DNA of 64,000 nt from Camelus dromedarius (taxonomy: Eukaryota), in contig NC_087447.1 of assembly GCF_036321535.1 (NCBI RefSeq), positions 39,496,001 to 39,560,000 on the forward strand, given 5' to 3'. Below are positions 13,102-25,953 of the stretch, piece by piece. Below the pieces are notes generated by a model. That model saw only the letters and a list, made by a program, of their open reading frames with translations. It ran no database searches and was not told the DNA's origin. The position numbers were made by a program, and so were the translations under genes. Every line of letters begins with the position of its first letter. Position 1 is the first letter of the stretch.

Positions 13102-13667
13102 TCCATGTGGTTCAGCCATTCCATTTCTCAGTGTGTATAAACCCAAAAGAATTGAAAGCAGGGTCTTGGAAAGAGATGTGCACACCCATGTTCATAGCAG
13201 CATTATTTACAGTAGCCAGAAGGTAGAAGCAACCCAAATGTCCATTGACGGATAGATGGATACATAAAATGCGGTATATATATACAATTCAGCCTTAAAA
13301 AGGAAGGAAATTCTGACACATGCTACAACATGGATGCATTTTGAGGACATTATGCTAAGTAAAATAAGCCAGTCATTAAAAAGATTAATGCTGTATGATT
13401 CACTTATACACAATACCTACAATAGTCAAATTCATAGAGACAGAAAGAATGGTGCTTACCAGGGCTTGGGGAAGGGAGAAAGTGGAGAGTTATCATTTTA
13501 CAGGTATAAAGTTTCAGTTTTTCAAGATGAGTTCTGGAGATGGAGGTGGTGATGATTGTACAACAGTGTGAATGCACTTAATGCCACTGAACTGCATACT
13601 TAAAAATAGTTAAGATGGTAAATTTTGTGTTATGTACATTTCACCACAATTTAAAATAATACTTTTC
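13102..13667 (+). mobile_element. L1 3' end (L1MA/MB-type)
   Basis: CACACCCATGTTCATAGCAGCATTATTTACAGTAGCC...CTTAAAAATAGTTAAGATGGTAAATTTT. TSD AAAAAGTATTTCA at 13089-13101 and 13668-13680. Confidence 0.88.
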
Positions 13668-14399
13668 AAAAAGTATTTCAGATTTTTATGCTAAAGCTCT
13701 TACTATGGGAATTCAAAATGTGAAATACTTTCCACATGACTTTCAAAGTAAATACAATATTTTATTAATTCCCTACATCTTCCAGGAGACCAAATTTCTG
13801 ATCACCGTTCACTGGGAAAGAAAACCTCTGCTTTTCCTGCTGCTTTCATGGCCTTTCTCCCCAGCTCCAGGCACTGATCAGCGTTGTTAGTGGTTTATGA
13901 TTATTTGTGGCTTTATTGCTCTGATCTTTATGAGAAACTTAGGTAAACAGTTGCAAGCTTTGGTAAGCTTGAAAAATGATAGCTGTGTACTGTTAAGTCT
14001 CAATGCTGAGAAGTATGTGACTATAAAGCATATTCTTAATAAAATCAATGTTCTCCCTAGCTCACAGAACTGCGTGCAAAATAAACAGCATAATTTCTGC
14101 CTGGAGACAATCGATATGAACACATGTTTTCCTAGTAGGCATTTGCTTATTAAGCAATTGCGAAGAATAGAGCTGGATGGACCCAAAGACATCATTTTTA
14201 TCCGTTTCCTGGAGCACTGGGTTTCTAAGCAGGTCTCTTAGGAGCAACAGAAGTCAGGGCTCCAAAGCCCCTTTCCTATATCAGCTAGTGAAGCCTCATT
14301 ATATATTGAGGCTCCATTTCCCAAAAAAGTTTGAAATCCACTGACCATGAAAATATGTTGCTTGACTCTGCACCTTTTCTTCTCTCCTTCCCACTTCCC

Positions 14400-14871
14400 A
14401 GTTGTTCCGGTTCCATATGAGAATCCACCCTTGGCAGTGGGAATGGACTTAGCACCACATGAGCTCGGGCTGGCCAATCACACTCCACCCCTGATCACAG
14501 TGATTGGTTCAGGGACAGGCATGTGATTAGAGTAAATCTCAGAACTTCCGCTAACCCTGGCACAAAGATTTTCTCTTTGTGCCATTCGTGAAGAAGGGCG
14601 TGTAGGCTAGGGAAACAGCTGGAAGCTATTTTGCAACCAAAGGGTCTGCTGAGGTCTGCCCAGGATGGAGCAGCAGCAGGGAAATAGTGCCAAGGAACTA
14701 TGAGGGGGGAAACTGGTACCTAGTTGAGTTGTTTGAGCCAGCCCTGAAGCTTTTCAAATCTTTTTGGGCTTTTCAACTACATGAGCCAGTAAACTCCCTT
14801 TTAATTTAAGCCAGTAATGAGCCAGCTTTTCTGTTACTTCAAAACACTTCACAAACACTTGAACTGATACA
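14400..14871 (+). mobile_element. Old MaLR/ERVL-type solo LTR
   Basis: CACAGTGATTGGTTCAGGGACAGGCATGTGA, TGAGCCAGTAAACTCCCTTTTAATTTAAGCCAG, ends AACTGATACA. Confidence 0.6.
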
Positions 14872-17039
14872 CCATGGATCCATGTCAAACAGCGCCTTCA
14901 TTTTACAGATGAGGAAACCGGGACCCGGGGATGCCACGTCGATAGTTAAGAGGCATAGCTTTCCGCCCCAGGCCATTTTCCTTTTACTATCTTACTGGTG
15001 TACAGCATGTTTGTGGTGAGCCTGGCAACAATGAATAAAATGCTAATTCTCCTTTTAACTAAGCATTAATTGGATGTGCTCTAAAGTACTGAAACTGATT
15101 TTCCTCATGTTTGACTTCTGGTAATCAATCTCATTGCTTTATGGGCCCCAACAATTCATTAAAAAGAAGAAAGAATTAAATAACTGGGGGAAGGTTGGGA
15201 GCCTCACTGAAGAATTTAATTTGTAGCCAGTTTACCAGCAACTTAGGATGCCACTATACCATTTTCTGTTAAACTCGTCATGCACTTTCAATTCTTGATA
15301 ATCATCCCTTACTACTATCTCTTATCTTTCAAAAGCACAGCTGCACTGCCCTGTCCTCTTACTTCTGGGGCTCCCTCTACAGCTAGAATTCCCAGATTCT
15401 TGCTCTGTTGACTCTGAGCATTCTATCATTTTTTTCTATACATACCATCTCCCTCACCCAAACATTGATCGTATCTTTGAGGGGGGACTTGGTTATCCAT
15501 CTCAAACTCTAAGATTACTTAAGAAAATGCTCACTGAGTCTTCAAAGAAATGTCTCACAACGGGAGAAAAGAGAAGTGAACCCACATTTAATGTGCTGGG
15601 AGGGGTACTAGATGTCTTACAGAGATTCTCACAACCAGCTGACAGGAAATAGGTAGTAGTGTCCCAGTCTAAAAATAAAGAAACCAGGCTTGGGTGAGTT
15701 GTAGGGTTGAGATGCAAACCTAGATTTGTGCAGTTCCAAAGACATTTCCTTCCACTGCCATGCTGGGCAATATACGTTTTTGCTAGCCTCATGGATCTAG
15801 TGTTGGGAAGACTGAGGCCTCATCCAGGCTGAGAGGGGAAGACAATAGAGATGTCCATCAAGCTTGACAAAGGTCACATATGTCACGTCTCTGCATGCAG
15901 GCACTGCAGCCAGTTCTAGAGGATTCCCAGGAAGAAGGTCAGGTGCATCAGAGAGTCTAGCTATAAAGTTTGTAAACTCGAATGTGTTGGGACAAATGGT
16001 TTTGCACAAAGATGAGTTTGCATTTGTAGTGTGTATGTGAGAAAACTAGAAGTCAGGTGGTTGATTGCTGTCTTCTGGTGGTGAATCATGAACCAGGGCA
16101 GGTGAGAAGGTTGAGCCCTGAAATGACCAGTGCACTTTTGTATAGAAGGCACTGGGGCAGCATACCAGCCTCCTTTTGCAGACTCACACTGACACACAAG
16201 TACATGAACATCACCCTCTAGAGTGACTCACTTAAGAACCAGTTCACAAGCCACTACACAGGCTGACTCACAGGGTCTGTCTATCAAGGCACACAGTGTG
16301 GCACGTGAACAAGCAGTGAGAAATGGTTAGTTTTCTCTTGCTGAAGAAATAGGGAAATCAGGAAAGGAGAAAGAATAACAAGCTAGCAGGCAGGGAAGCT
16401 ACCTTCTAGCTGCTGCTTTGAAGACATTTTCACCAGGCATATCCCTTGGGTGGGTGACGGACGACACTGGAAGTGACATGTCTGATGGTTGCATAGATGG
16501 TGGTCCTTACGTGGGGTTATTCAAGATCTGCAGAAGGAAAGAAGCTGGATCTGGTCACAGAAGGCATTCCATAAAGAATGAATGAATAAGCAATGTAGTG
16601 GAAATTAGTGCAAATTCTAGATTCAGAAGGTCTGAGCCATATTTATCTTATTTTCTCATCTGAAGAATATCTGTGATTTTCAGCTGTCTGGGGAAGGATT
16701 TTTGATTTGTAGAAGGCAAGGAGGCAGATTTTGAGTTCAGTAAGAGGTGGAGGTACTTGGGGCTGAAAGAAACCAGTGTAGGAACGGTGGGCTTCACCAG
16801 GAGACAAAGTGCATCTGTCCAAGGGATGGACACTGAGAGTGACCTGGGAGGATGAGTAGGTAAAATTCTTCCATTGGGATAGATTGTGGGTTTACTCAAA
16901 CAGGAGGTAAGCTATGGGTTAACTGAAAAGGCCATTCTTCAGAATGAGTAACAGTGGATTTAAAGACAGACTTTGAAGCAGGCAAATTAAAGATGCCAGA
17001 TCTTTGTGGCAAGTTCAGTATGATGTCTAGATTTCAGAG

Positions 17040-17215
17040 CTCTGATTCTCAGTCTGGCTAACAGCAAAACTGCATGGGAGCTTTTCAAACTTACCAGTGC
17101 ATGAACCCTCTCCTCAGAGATTCAGATTCAGCTGGTCTAGAGTGGGGCCCAGGACTCAATATTTTTGAAAAGATCTCCAAGTGGCTCCTAGGTGCCACGA
17201 AGTTTAAGAGTATGC
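17040..17215. mobile_element. MER5A-like hAT MITE
   Basis: CAGAGATTCAGATTCAGCTGGTCTAGAGTGGGGCCCAGGA. Confidence 0.65.
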
Positions 17216-17477
17216 ACCCTAGATATAATTCAAAGCAGGCAAATTTTCAGGAGCCCACGCCTGAACTATGAAATTTTGAAAGAACTCACGAGAGACATTT
17301 TGGGATTATTGCTATCCACGGCTTCTCACCAGCCTCAAGGCATGGCAGGTTGCCAAGAGTGTCCCTAGAGAGGCCAATAGGAAGTCCACTCACGGAACCA
17401 TCCTGGGTCATCTGTGGCACAGAAAACCCTCAGAACCCAAGTGGCCCGACACTGTAGGGGGAGAGAAACCACACTGG

Positions 17478-17640
17478 AGGGCATGGCACAGTGGAAAAAG
17501 CACTCGGCCAGGAATCAGAAGTCCTGCCCTTTCACTCCTGACTCTGCGACTCTCCGACTCAGTAGTCCTGAGCAAGTCACTTCACCTCTCTGGGTCTGAG
17601 CTCTGCTATTTGTCAATTTCAGTCTTAAAGTTTCCTTCCA
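17478..17640 (+). mobile_element. MIR SINE
   Basis: GGCACAGTGGAAAAAGCAC...GAATCAGAAGTCCTG...GAGCAAGTCACTTCACCTCTCTGGG. Confidence 0.6.
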
Positions 17641-19411
17641 CATCTATGGCTCTCTGACCTTAACTCTATTTCTGAGGCCAGGCCAATCTGAGGTCTCCAG
17701 TCCACCTGAGTTTCTGGGGGGAAAAGGGTGATGGAAGGGGAAAGTGTAATAAGGAAGAAAGTAGGAAAGGTAGACAGAGATGATCTGAGCTTTTAAGAGA
17801 CACTGACAAGGTTCTATACCAAGAGTATTAAAAAAATATTCTAAAATGGATTTGGTTCTAGATACTGAATTCACTTGAATTGTGGGAGAAAAGTGGGGCT
17901 GGATGAGCACGTCTCTGGTTAGAGGAAAACCTAATGTGATAATAATAAAGTAATGGACACTTTTGTAGCACTTGAGGGTTTACAAAGTACTTTCACATGG
18001 CAGTAACTACTGCTATGTAGTACTTCACAGTAAAAAATACTTCTCCGTGCTCTCCCGCCTGTAGGAGGGGGTATGACTGGAAATGTAAATGGGCTTATTA
18101 TTTATATGGCTGTCAGCAGAAAGAAGAGGGATGGAGTCCAACGCTAGCATCTGGACAGCGAGCATCTCAGAAGATGACCCGGCACATCTGCATCACACCC
18201 CTGCGTTCCGCCTGGTGGTCTCCTAGTTGGTCAGGAGCAGAATTTGAGCTGTGGGCCCCTGCTTATCTCCCTGGGCAGTATGTCTTCCCTCCACCACCAC
18301 TGAATCCTTGCACTTGCTTTATTTCTCCTTCTGTTTACTTTCTATTAAAGCACAGTCATTTTGTCTTTTCTCTCCAGAGACAATCCTGACTTGGGAGGCA
18401 GAAATTCTCAGTCCCGGTCCAAACTCTGCCAATTAGTTATTTCGTTTCACCTGATCCTCACTTTCTTCCCCTAGAGCAGAGTGGAACCAGCTCTTGCCCA
18501 CCTCACTAGGTCTATGTCAGGCTCAAACATAGTTATGTATGTCACAAGGTTTTGAAATGTTAAAAGGCACAATCCAGATAGACCTAAAGGAATATGAACC
18601 ATTGTTATTGGGGGCTTAGCAGGACCAGGAATTTGTTCTCATCGCCTCCAGCACATATCAGTGCTGTGCCAATCTTATGACTCCCTAGGACCCTCCTCCC
18701 ATCGCACAGCACTCTGCAGGGCACACTGATCCTGGGATTGTCTCCAGGGTTTCCAGAGTATCTCAAGGCTGTGCTGACCTCCTGATCACCTCCAGATTGT
18801 ATCCCTGGTTCATAGAACCCTCTTCTGGGCTTCATTGCTCTAACCTTCCATGTCCCACCCACATCTGCTCCAAGTCTCACCTGAGTTAGGTATTTCCTCA
18901 GGGAATACTAAATATTTTTGCTGTCAATCTATAATCATAATTAGGAAGATAAATCAGCAGCTCAAATAAAGGAGACATCATACATTACAAAGCCCAATAT
19001 TAAATACATTCTTGGAGTGTCAGCTAACGTTGATATCTTGGCTCCCCTCTTCGTCCCTCCCTTGAAACCACCACTTTCTCTTTTTAACCATCTTGTCCTC
19101 CTAAATTTTTATTAACACCCAAAAATGTATTTGTTTGTTTTGTTTCCTTGTTTTAACCTGAGAGTCCTGACATTTTCACGAGGAAATTTGTGGTTAATTG
19201 TAGCCAGGGACTAATATTTAATAACAACAACAACAAATTTTAGGAGTACTTGGAAGATGAAACAGAGTATTAATTTTTTTACTAGCATGTCCATAAATTA
19301 ATCTACCACCAATTTCAGTCATACATTTAAAGCCTGTAACCTTGTGGTATCTTCATAACTGAGTTTTCTGGGGAAAAGGAAAGTTTTATACATCAAGCAC
19401 TGTTCTAGTAT

Positions 19412-19510
19412 TTTTTTTCATCAATTTTTTTAATGGAAGTGCTGAGAATTGAACCCAGGACCTCATGCATGCTAAACATGTGCTCTACCACTAAGCTATT
19501 TCCCTCCCCT
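19412..19510 (-). mobile_element. Vic-1-like tRNA SINE
   Basis: Reverse complement of GGGGAGGG..ATAGCTTAGTGGTAGAGCACATGTTTAGCATGCATGAGGTCCTGGGTTCAAT. Confidence 0.8.
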
Positions 19511-19769
19511 ATTTTAGTTAATTTTTTTAAGTGAGTATTCATGGACTAAATCTTTGTTCATCATGATACACACACACAGTGAGAGAGAGAGAAAAAAACC
19601 TGATTATTTGACTCTCTGTTTAAAAAAAAAATTAAAGTCTAGTTCCTAAATGTGTTCTTGCCTAATTTAGTACCAAGTTAATTCCTTTTTTAATGGAATT
19701 ATTTTTAAAAATATGTACCCTTCTAACCAACCAACAAATTTTATTTGAAAAACCTGTTTTAAAAGAGAT

Positions 19770-20120
19770 TTAGAGCTAGTGCTTATTGGACACTTGTCAA
19801 CTGTCAAACACAGGGCTAGGCACTTTGCCTCCATCATATAATTGAATCCCCACAATCCTGTGAAGCAGACATTTTCAATTTGGTTGTTCAAACATCAGGA
19901 TACATTTTCTAACCATAATAGCAAACATTTCCTGAGAGCTTACTATGTGCTAGATACTCTGCCAGACACGTAAATTTGCATTTAACCTCTACTCTAGCCC
20001 TGCAAGTGAGGCTCTTTCCCCCCACTTTGCAGACGGAGACCCTAGGGTTTAGAATGGTTAAGTGAGTTGCCCAACGACCAATGACTGACAAATCTGAACT
20101 TCAGCTTTGGTCTTCTGACC
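19770..20120 (-). mobile_element. Two MIR fragments
   Basis: GAGCTTACTATGTGCTAGATACT...CCCCACTTTGCAGACGGAGAC...GGTTAAGTGAGTTGCCCAA. Confidence 0.6.
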
Positions 20121-20164
20121 CACCAAACCGCCTGATAACTATAGGCTCCTTCAGGTTATCCATT

Positions 20165-20425
20165 CATTCATCAGTCTGGGTCCAGCAGCAAAAGTAGTTC
20201 ATACCAATTGGCTCACGTTTAGAGTCCTTAATCAAGGGACTATTTATAAAGCAGGCTTACAGGAGCAAGAGATGGGTGGTCAAGCACCAAAAGATGACTA
20301 TATCCAAGTCCAGTAGAAAAACAAAAACAGAAACCACGCCAGTGCATGAAGAAGAATTCAGTACAATGGACTGATTACCAGGTTATTGGAAGACAAAAAG
20401 GGCAAAAGGGAACACTGATTTAACA
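20165..20425 (-). mobile_element. ERVL-type LTR fragments (LTR40/41-like), left part
   Basis: TAATCAAGGGACTATTTATAAAG and ACAGAAACCACGCCAG motifs; continues after the nested insertions. Confidence 0.45.
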
Positions 20426-20427
20426 CC

Positions 20428-20931
20428 ATCCAGCAGGCACCCCAGTTATCCCTGCCTCCGGGTATTTACACCCTGTGTAATCCCTTGCATGTGAAACAGA
20501 ATGTGACAAAAGTGATGGGATGTCACTTGAGATTAGATTACAAAAAACTCTAGCTTCCACACTGCTCATCCTCTGTCTCTCTCTCTCTCACTTGCCTGCT
20601 TTGATGGCAGTCTGCCTCTATGTTTTAATGATGGAGAGACCCACATGGCCAGGAAATGAGGGGCGCCTTCAGCCAACAGCTTTTGAGGAACTGAGTTCTG
20701 CCAATAAACTATGTGACTGAGCTTGTCAGTATATCCTCCTTCAGTCAAGCCCTGAGACGACCACAGCCTGGCCAACTCCTTGAGCGCAGTCTTGTTACAC
20801 ACAGACTCTGAGCTAGAGACGCCCAGCTAGGCTGCACCCAGATTTAACAGCTGTGAGATAACAGATGTGTGTTATTTTTAAGCTGCTAAATTTTGGGGTG
20901 GTTTGTTATGCAGCAAAAAATAACTAATACA
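20428..20931 (+). mobile_element. MaLR solo LTR (MLT1E/F-like)
   Basis: ATCCCTGCCTCCGGGTATTTACACCCTGTGTAATCCC...AAAGTGATGGGATGTCACTT...TTTAAGCTGCTAAATTTTGGGGTGGTTTGTTATGCAGCAA...TAACTAATACA. Confidence 0.8.
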
Positions 20932-20955
20932 CATAGACTTAGTAACTGCAGGAAG

Positions 20956-21499
20956 CAAAATTCATTAACAATCCCTGGGAAATAAAAATAAAAATAGAAT
21001 CTGGGCAATAAAGTCTAACCACTCTTTTCTTTGTGCTTAGTCTAGTTTCACTTGCTCATAGGGCGCTGCTCATGATGACTTTGCACCCAGCACGTCAGAC
21101 AGTCTTCCTAGTGTGAAATGGCTCCACTGACACTTCAGCTCAGCAGACCGTGTGCAGAAGCACTGCACACATTTCAGTTCATGATGGTGATCGTGTACCA
21201 TGTGCAGAGATGCTTCACCCAGCACTTTCATCTAGAGTGGCATGAGCAGCACAGCTGCCCTGCCCACAATAACTCCACCCTCTCTGCCCCCTGCTGACAA
21301 TAAACCTATAAAGCAGTTCTGCTGATGTCCTTGAAGGGAGAGCATGTACTCTAGAGCATAAGCTTGTAACTCTCCATTCTTTGATCAAAGAGTAAAGCTT
21401 TCCTTTGCTTCTGAATCAAACTTGGTCTTATTCTACTGGTACAAGGAACACCCAGCAGAAGAACCTTTGTTGGGGACCAACTCAGGAGGGCCTGTAACA
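20956..21499 (+). mobile_element. 5' LTR of class I (gamma-like) ERV provirus
   Basis: Direct repeat of 25956-26504 (shared CATTAACAAT.CC, AATAAAGTCTAACC, CTCTCCATTCTTTGATCA). TATAAA at 21307-21312; ends ...GTAACA. The 5' TG edge is eroded. Confidence 0.85.
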
Positions 21500-21505
21500 A
21501 ATTTT

Positions 21506-21524
21506 TGGCAACACAAGTGGGACT
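21506..21524 (+). promoter_or_regulatory. Retroviral primer-binding site, best resembling tRNA-Arg
   Basis: TGGCAACACAAGTGGGACT just after the 5' LTR; similar to the recalled Arg PBS TGGCGACCCAGATGGGACT. Confidence 0.6.
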
Positions 21525-21929
21525 GATTGTGGCGTTTCCACCTGCACCCATCCACTTGGCTCTGGGTTCACTCCAGGTCCAGCAGTAGGATGGTGGAGGC
21601 TTTGGGAGGTTCACGTGGGAATGACTGCCTCTGATCTTTCAGTACACTCTTATAGAGGAGAACGGTGGCAGCCTTCAGCCAAACTCAGAGCAACTCTGCC
21701 CAAAAACCTGATACCCAGGTGTGGTACACACACAGCAAAGCCCCCAGAGTAATCTGGACTGCACCCCCTTGTAGGAATTACACTGTGGCATCATTGGGGA
21801 TTGAAGACTGAAACTCATGCATGCCTGCCCATTGCCTCCAGGTGGCCTTCCCATGTTGCCAGGCAGCATGGGGACAGCGGGACCTGTGATGAGAGGGAGT
21901 CACAGCAGTCTTGTCTGCAGTTTCACCAA

Positions 21930-24900
21930 TAAAACTATGGGCGTATCAGGGAAGACCCAAGAATGGGCATTCATGGAACCATTAGAATGCAAATTGGATG
22001 AACACACTCTCACCCATTCCTTCCTATATGTTCCCAAATGCCCTAAACCCCTGCTAGGAAAGGATCTTACATAAATTGAAAGGTACTACCCACTTAATGT
22101 GAGACAAACTGGAGACTGGCATTCCCATAGGCAGAGAGCACAAGATAATAGTGTTAATGGCTGAGGATAATCCTCCCCAGACAGAGCAAACTGACCTCCC
22201 TGGAGTAAATCCTGAGATCTGGGCCCCGGGGCAGGTGAGATGAGCTGCAGGAACCAGTCCTGTGATAGTCCATCTAGAACCCAAACACACATGGCCCAAA
22301 AGAAAACACTACTCTCTCTGTCAGGAGGCCTTGTTGGGCATTGCCCCTGTTGTACAAGGCCTTATTAGACCACACCAATCAGCCTATGATACCCCCATTC
22401 TCCCTGTAAAGAAACTCAATGGGGAATACTGGATGGTACGGGACCTCAGGGCATCAAGAATACACATCCAGTAGTTTCTAACCCCTACACCCTGATGGCC
22501 ACTCTACCATCCAGTAGAACCTGGTATTCTGTATTAGGCCAAAAGACACCTTCTTCTATATTCCATTAGCCCCAGAGTCACAAGAAATTTCTGCTTTTGT
22601 GTGGCAGGACAGTCCCCAAGGTTTAAAAGCCCCAAGGGTTAAAAAATTCCCCACCATCTTTGGGGAAACTTCAGCTAAAGATCTAAGAAATTTGCATCTG
22701 GAGGAGGGAACCAGATGTTTCCATCACCAGCCCTACCAAGGAGGCTTCTGACAAAAATACTGTAACCACCTTGAACTCTCTAGCTGATAAAAGATATTAA
22801 ATGTCCAAGAAAAAAGCCCAAATATTACAAAGGAGGGTGACCTAGGTTTCATTCTCACAGGAGGTCAGAGAAGCCTACCTCAGGAAAGGAAAAAAGCCAT
22901 TCGCAGCCTCGCCCCTCCTAAAACTAGAAGACAGCTGAGGGGTTTCCTGGGGATGGCCGGTGTTGCCACATCTGGATCCCTAATTATGGTCTAATAGCTA
23001 CACCTCTATATGAAAATTCGAAAAGAAAGGATGATTTTCCTTTTGAATGGAATTCAGAATGCGAAGGGACCTTTCAAGAACTGAAAAAAAAATTACTTCA
23101 AGACTCTGCCCTGTCCCTCCCAGATTTAGCGAAACCCTCTTACCTTTACATTCATGAGAGAAGGGGATTCATCCTTGGGGTGTTAGCTCAAAAACTGCAA
23201 CCCCCTTACTTGGGTGGTTGCTTATTTCTCTAAACAATTAGATCAAACCACTAAGGGATGGCCTCCTTGCCTATGAGCAGTAGCAGCTACTACAACCCTG
23301 CTAAAGAAGGCTGAAGAGTTAACGTTTGGTCAGCCAGTCACCGTATGGACCCCCCACCAGGTTCAGGCTTTAGTAAAGTCTAAGGAAAGGTCGACTCAGG
23401 CTATGGTTTTAGACAGCCCAGTCGTTACCATAAAAATCTGTCACATGTTGAACTACCAAATGACCCAGCAATTCCACTTCTGGGTATTCATCAGAGAAAA
23501 AAATGAAAACACTAATTCAAAAAGACACATGCACCCCAACATTCACTGCAGCATTATTTACAATTGCCAAGATATAGAAGCAACCAAGTATCCATCAACA
23601 GACAAATGGATAAAGAAGTTGTGATATATTTATACAATGGAATACTACTCAGCCATTAAAAAGAATGAAATAATGCCACTTGCAGCAACATGGATGACCC
23701 TAGAGATTATCACACTAAGGGAAGTAAGTCAGAGAAAGACAAGTATCATATGATATCACTTATATGTGGAATCTAAAAAATAAAACAAACTAGAATATAA
23801 CAAAAATAAACAGACTCACAGATATAGAGAACAAACTTGTGGTTATCAGTGGGGAGAGGGAAGGAGGGCGGGACAAGACAGGGGTAGGGGAATGAGAGGT
23901 ACAAACTATGTATAAAATAAATAAGCTACAAGGATATATTGTTCAGCACAGAGAATAAGGCCAGTATTTTGTAATAACTATAAATGGAATATAACCTTTC
24001 AAAATTGTGAATCATTGTTGTACACCTGAAACGTATATTATACATCGACTATACCTCAATATAAACAAACAAACAAACAAACAAACCTGCCCCATGCTAA
24101 ATCCTGCTACCCTGATACCCACAGCAATGGGGCCCTTGGAACATGATTGCATAGAAACCATAGACATGGTCTATCCAGTTGCCCCGAGCTAGAAAACAAG
24201 CCTCTTCCAAATGCTGAAGAGGTATGCTTTACAAATGGGAGCAGTTTTATGAGAGAGAGAAAAAGGCTGACAGGATACGCAGTAACCTCCCAGACCCAAA
24301 TCACAGAGGCACGAAGTCTGCCCCCAGGGACTTCAGCCCAAAAGGCCGAGCTGATAGCCCTCACCTGAGCCTTGTTGCTCAGGACAGGGAAGATCTTAAA
24401 TATTTACACAGACCCCAGATATGTGTAGGCCATCCTACATGCACACAGGGCTATTTGGAAAAAGAGAGATGCTTACTGCAGAGAATAAACAGGTGAAACA
24501 TGGCTGAAATCCACTGGGACTCCTAGAAGCAGTGCAGCTTCTAAAACAGTGGTAGTGATTCACTGTAGGGGTCAGCAAAAGGGGAGATGCAGAGGTAATA
24601 AGGGGAAACAACAAGGCAGGCACAACTGCCAAAAGGGCCAGTAACCTGGCAACTACCCCTCAACCTCGAAGGCCAGATCCCTCCAATTATTCCCCAGTCT
24701 ACACAGAGGAAGAATTAGACAAAGCCTGAAAATGAGGCTTCACTACAGATCTAGGAGACCAGTTATCTCTTGGTGCCTGTGGACACGTTTTCAGGGTGGG
24801 CAGAAGCGTTCCCCCACTAGAACTGAAATGGCAGCCACAGTGACTAAAGTATTCCTAAGACATAATTCCCAGGTTTGGGCTCCCAGGATCCCTACAAGGT

Positions 24901-25450
24901 GACAATGGCCTGCCATTTGTGTCTCAAGTGACAAAAGGGATAACAAGCACTGGGCATAAAATGGACCTTGCACTCAGCCTGGAGACCCCCATCACTGGGG
25001 AGCCCATAAAACAAACCTTAGCCAAGCTACGCCAGGAGACTCAAGGAAACGGGTTTAAGTTACTCCCAACTGCCCTGTTCCCCACGCAGCTATCCTCAAG
25101 GGGTAAGTTAAAGCGCGTTTGAACTCATGAATGGTGGACCCATTCCCCAAGCCTGAGAGGAGGTACACCTTACCGCCCTGGAAATGGAGCAACTCAAGTA
25201 CGCCCTCCAGGTGGGAGAAGCCAGGAAAGCCCTCACAGAGCATGGTAACCAGGTGCTGCCTGCACCCACCAACCTGGCCCTTCACCCCTTCCAGCCGGGA
25301 GCCCGGGTGAAACTAAACTCCTGGAAAACCGGCAGCCCGCAAGGGCAGCTCACTCATACTTGGACCAGACCCCATTGGGTGATCCTAACCAGCCATTCTG
25401 CCCCGAAGCTGCAGGGACCACCCTGTGGGCACATGACACTCGAGAGAAGA
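21930..25450 (+). pseudogene. Defective ERV pro-pol (PR, RT, RNase H, IN) with many stops and frameshifts, interrupted by an L1
   Basis: PR: HSFLYVPKCPKPLLGKDL. RT: YDTPILPVKKLNGEYWMVRDLRA, RRQLRGFLGMAG. Tether: NPATL. RNase H: FTNGSS...LPPGTSAQKAELIALT. IN: YLLVPVDTFSGWAEAFPTRTE. All are gammaretrovirus-like. Confidence 0.92.
23450..24082 (+). mobile_element. 5'-truncated L1 inserted in ERV pol
   Basis: GAACTACCAAATGACCCAGCAATTCCACTTCTGGG...CTCAATATAAACAAACAAAC tail. Degenerate TSD AAATCTGTCACATGTT (23434-23449) and AAACCTGCCCCATGCT (24083-24098). Confidence 0.9.
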
Positions 25451-25664
25451 GGGCCCCGGGCCCCAACCTCCAGAGAGACAACCTGGGGCAACGGACCCCC
25501 GACTACTCATGTGAACCTCTCTCTGACCCGACGCTTCTCTTCAGAAAAGCCACAGAAGTGTGACCAGGGAGGTCCAGCCCCCGCAGTGAGCCTCGACATC
25601 AGGGCACACTCGTGCCTACAGCAAAAGACCGAGATACCGTCATTTGTAGGAAAAATTTAACTTG

Positions 25665-25745
25665 TGACCATTATTCTTTTGTTAACAATTGGTCCACGCA
25701 TCCTAAATTGTCTGGTGTCCTTTGTCTCCAAAAGGTTAGTTTATA
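25665..25745 (+). pseudogene. Remnant of the env TM/cytoplasmic junction
   Basis: IILLLTIGPRILNCLVSFVSKRL resembles the gamma-type Env LLLxxGPCILNxLxxFV motif; the rest of env is absent. Confidence 0.7.
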
Positions 25746-25936
25746 AAACTCCACGTGGTGGTCACTCAGGACACAAACAGGGCGGAGGCCTGGAGCCAAT
25801 CAAGCGCATCTAAAAGCAGCTGGGGAGCAGCTCTGCTCCTCCGCCCAGGGTCACGGCGACGCCCCGAGTCAGCAGGAAGCAGTCACAGAAGACGCACCTG
25901 TGCCCCTCAGCGCCCCTCAAGAGGGAGGAGCAGGAC

Positions 25937-25953
25937 AAAAGGCAGAGGAGGGA
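25937..25953 (+). promoter_or_regulatory. Polypurine tract
   Basis: AAAAGGCAGAGGAGGGA just before the 3' LTR TG. Confidence 0.75.

Noticed and set aside
25184..25660. 158-aa ORF as a domesticated retroviral gene
   Set aside because: It is only the integrase C-terminal fragment running out of frame; the upstream catalytic regions are disrupted.
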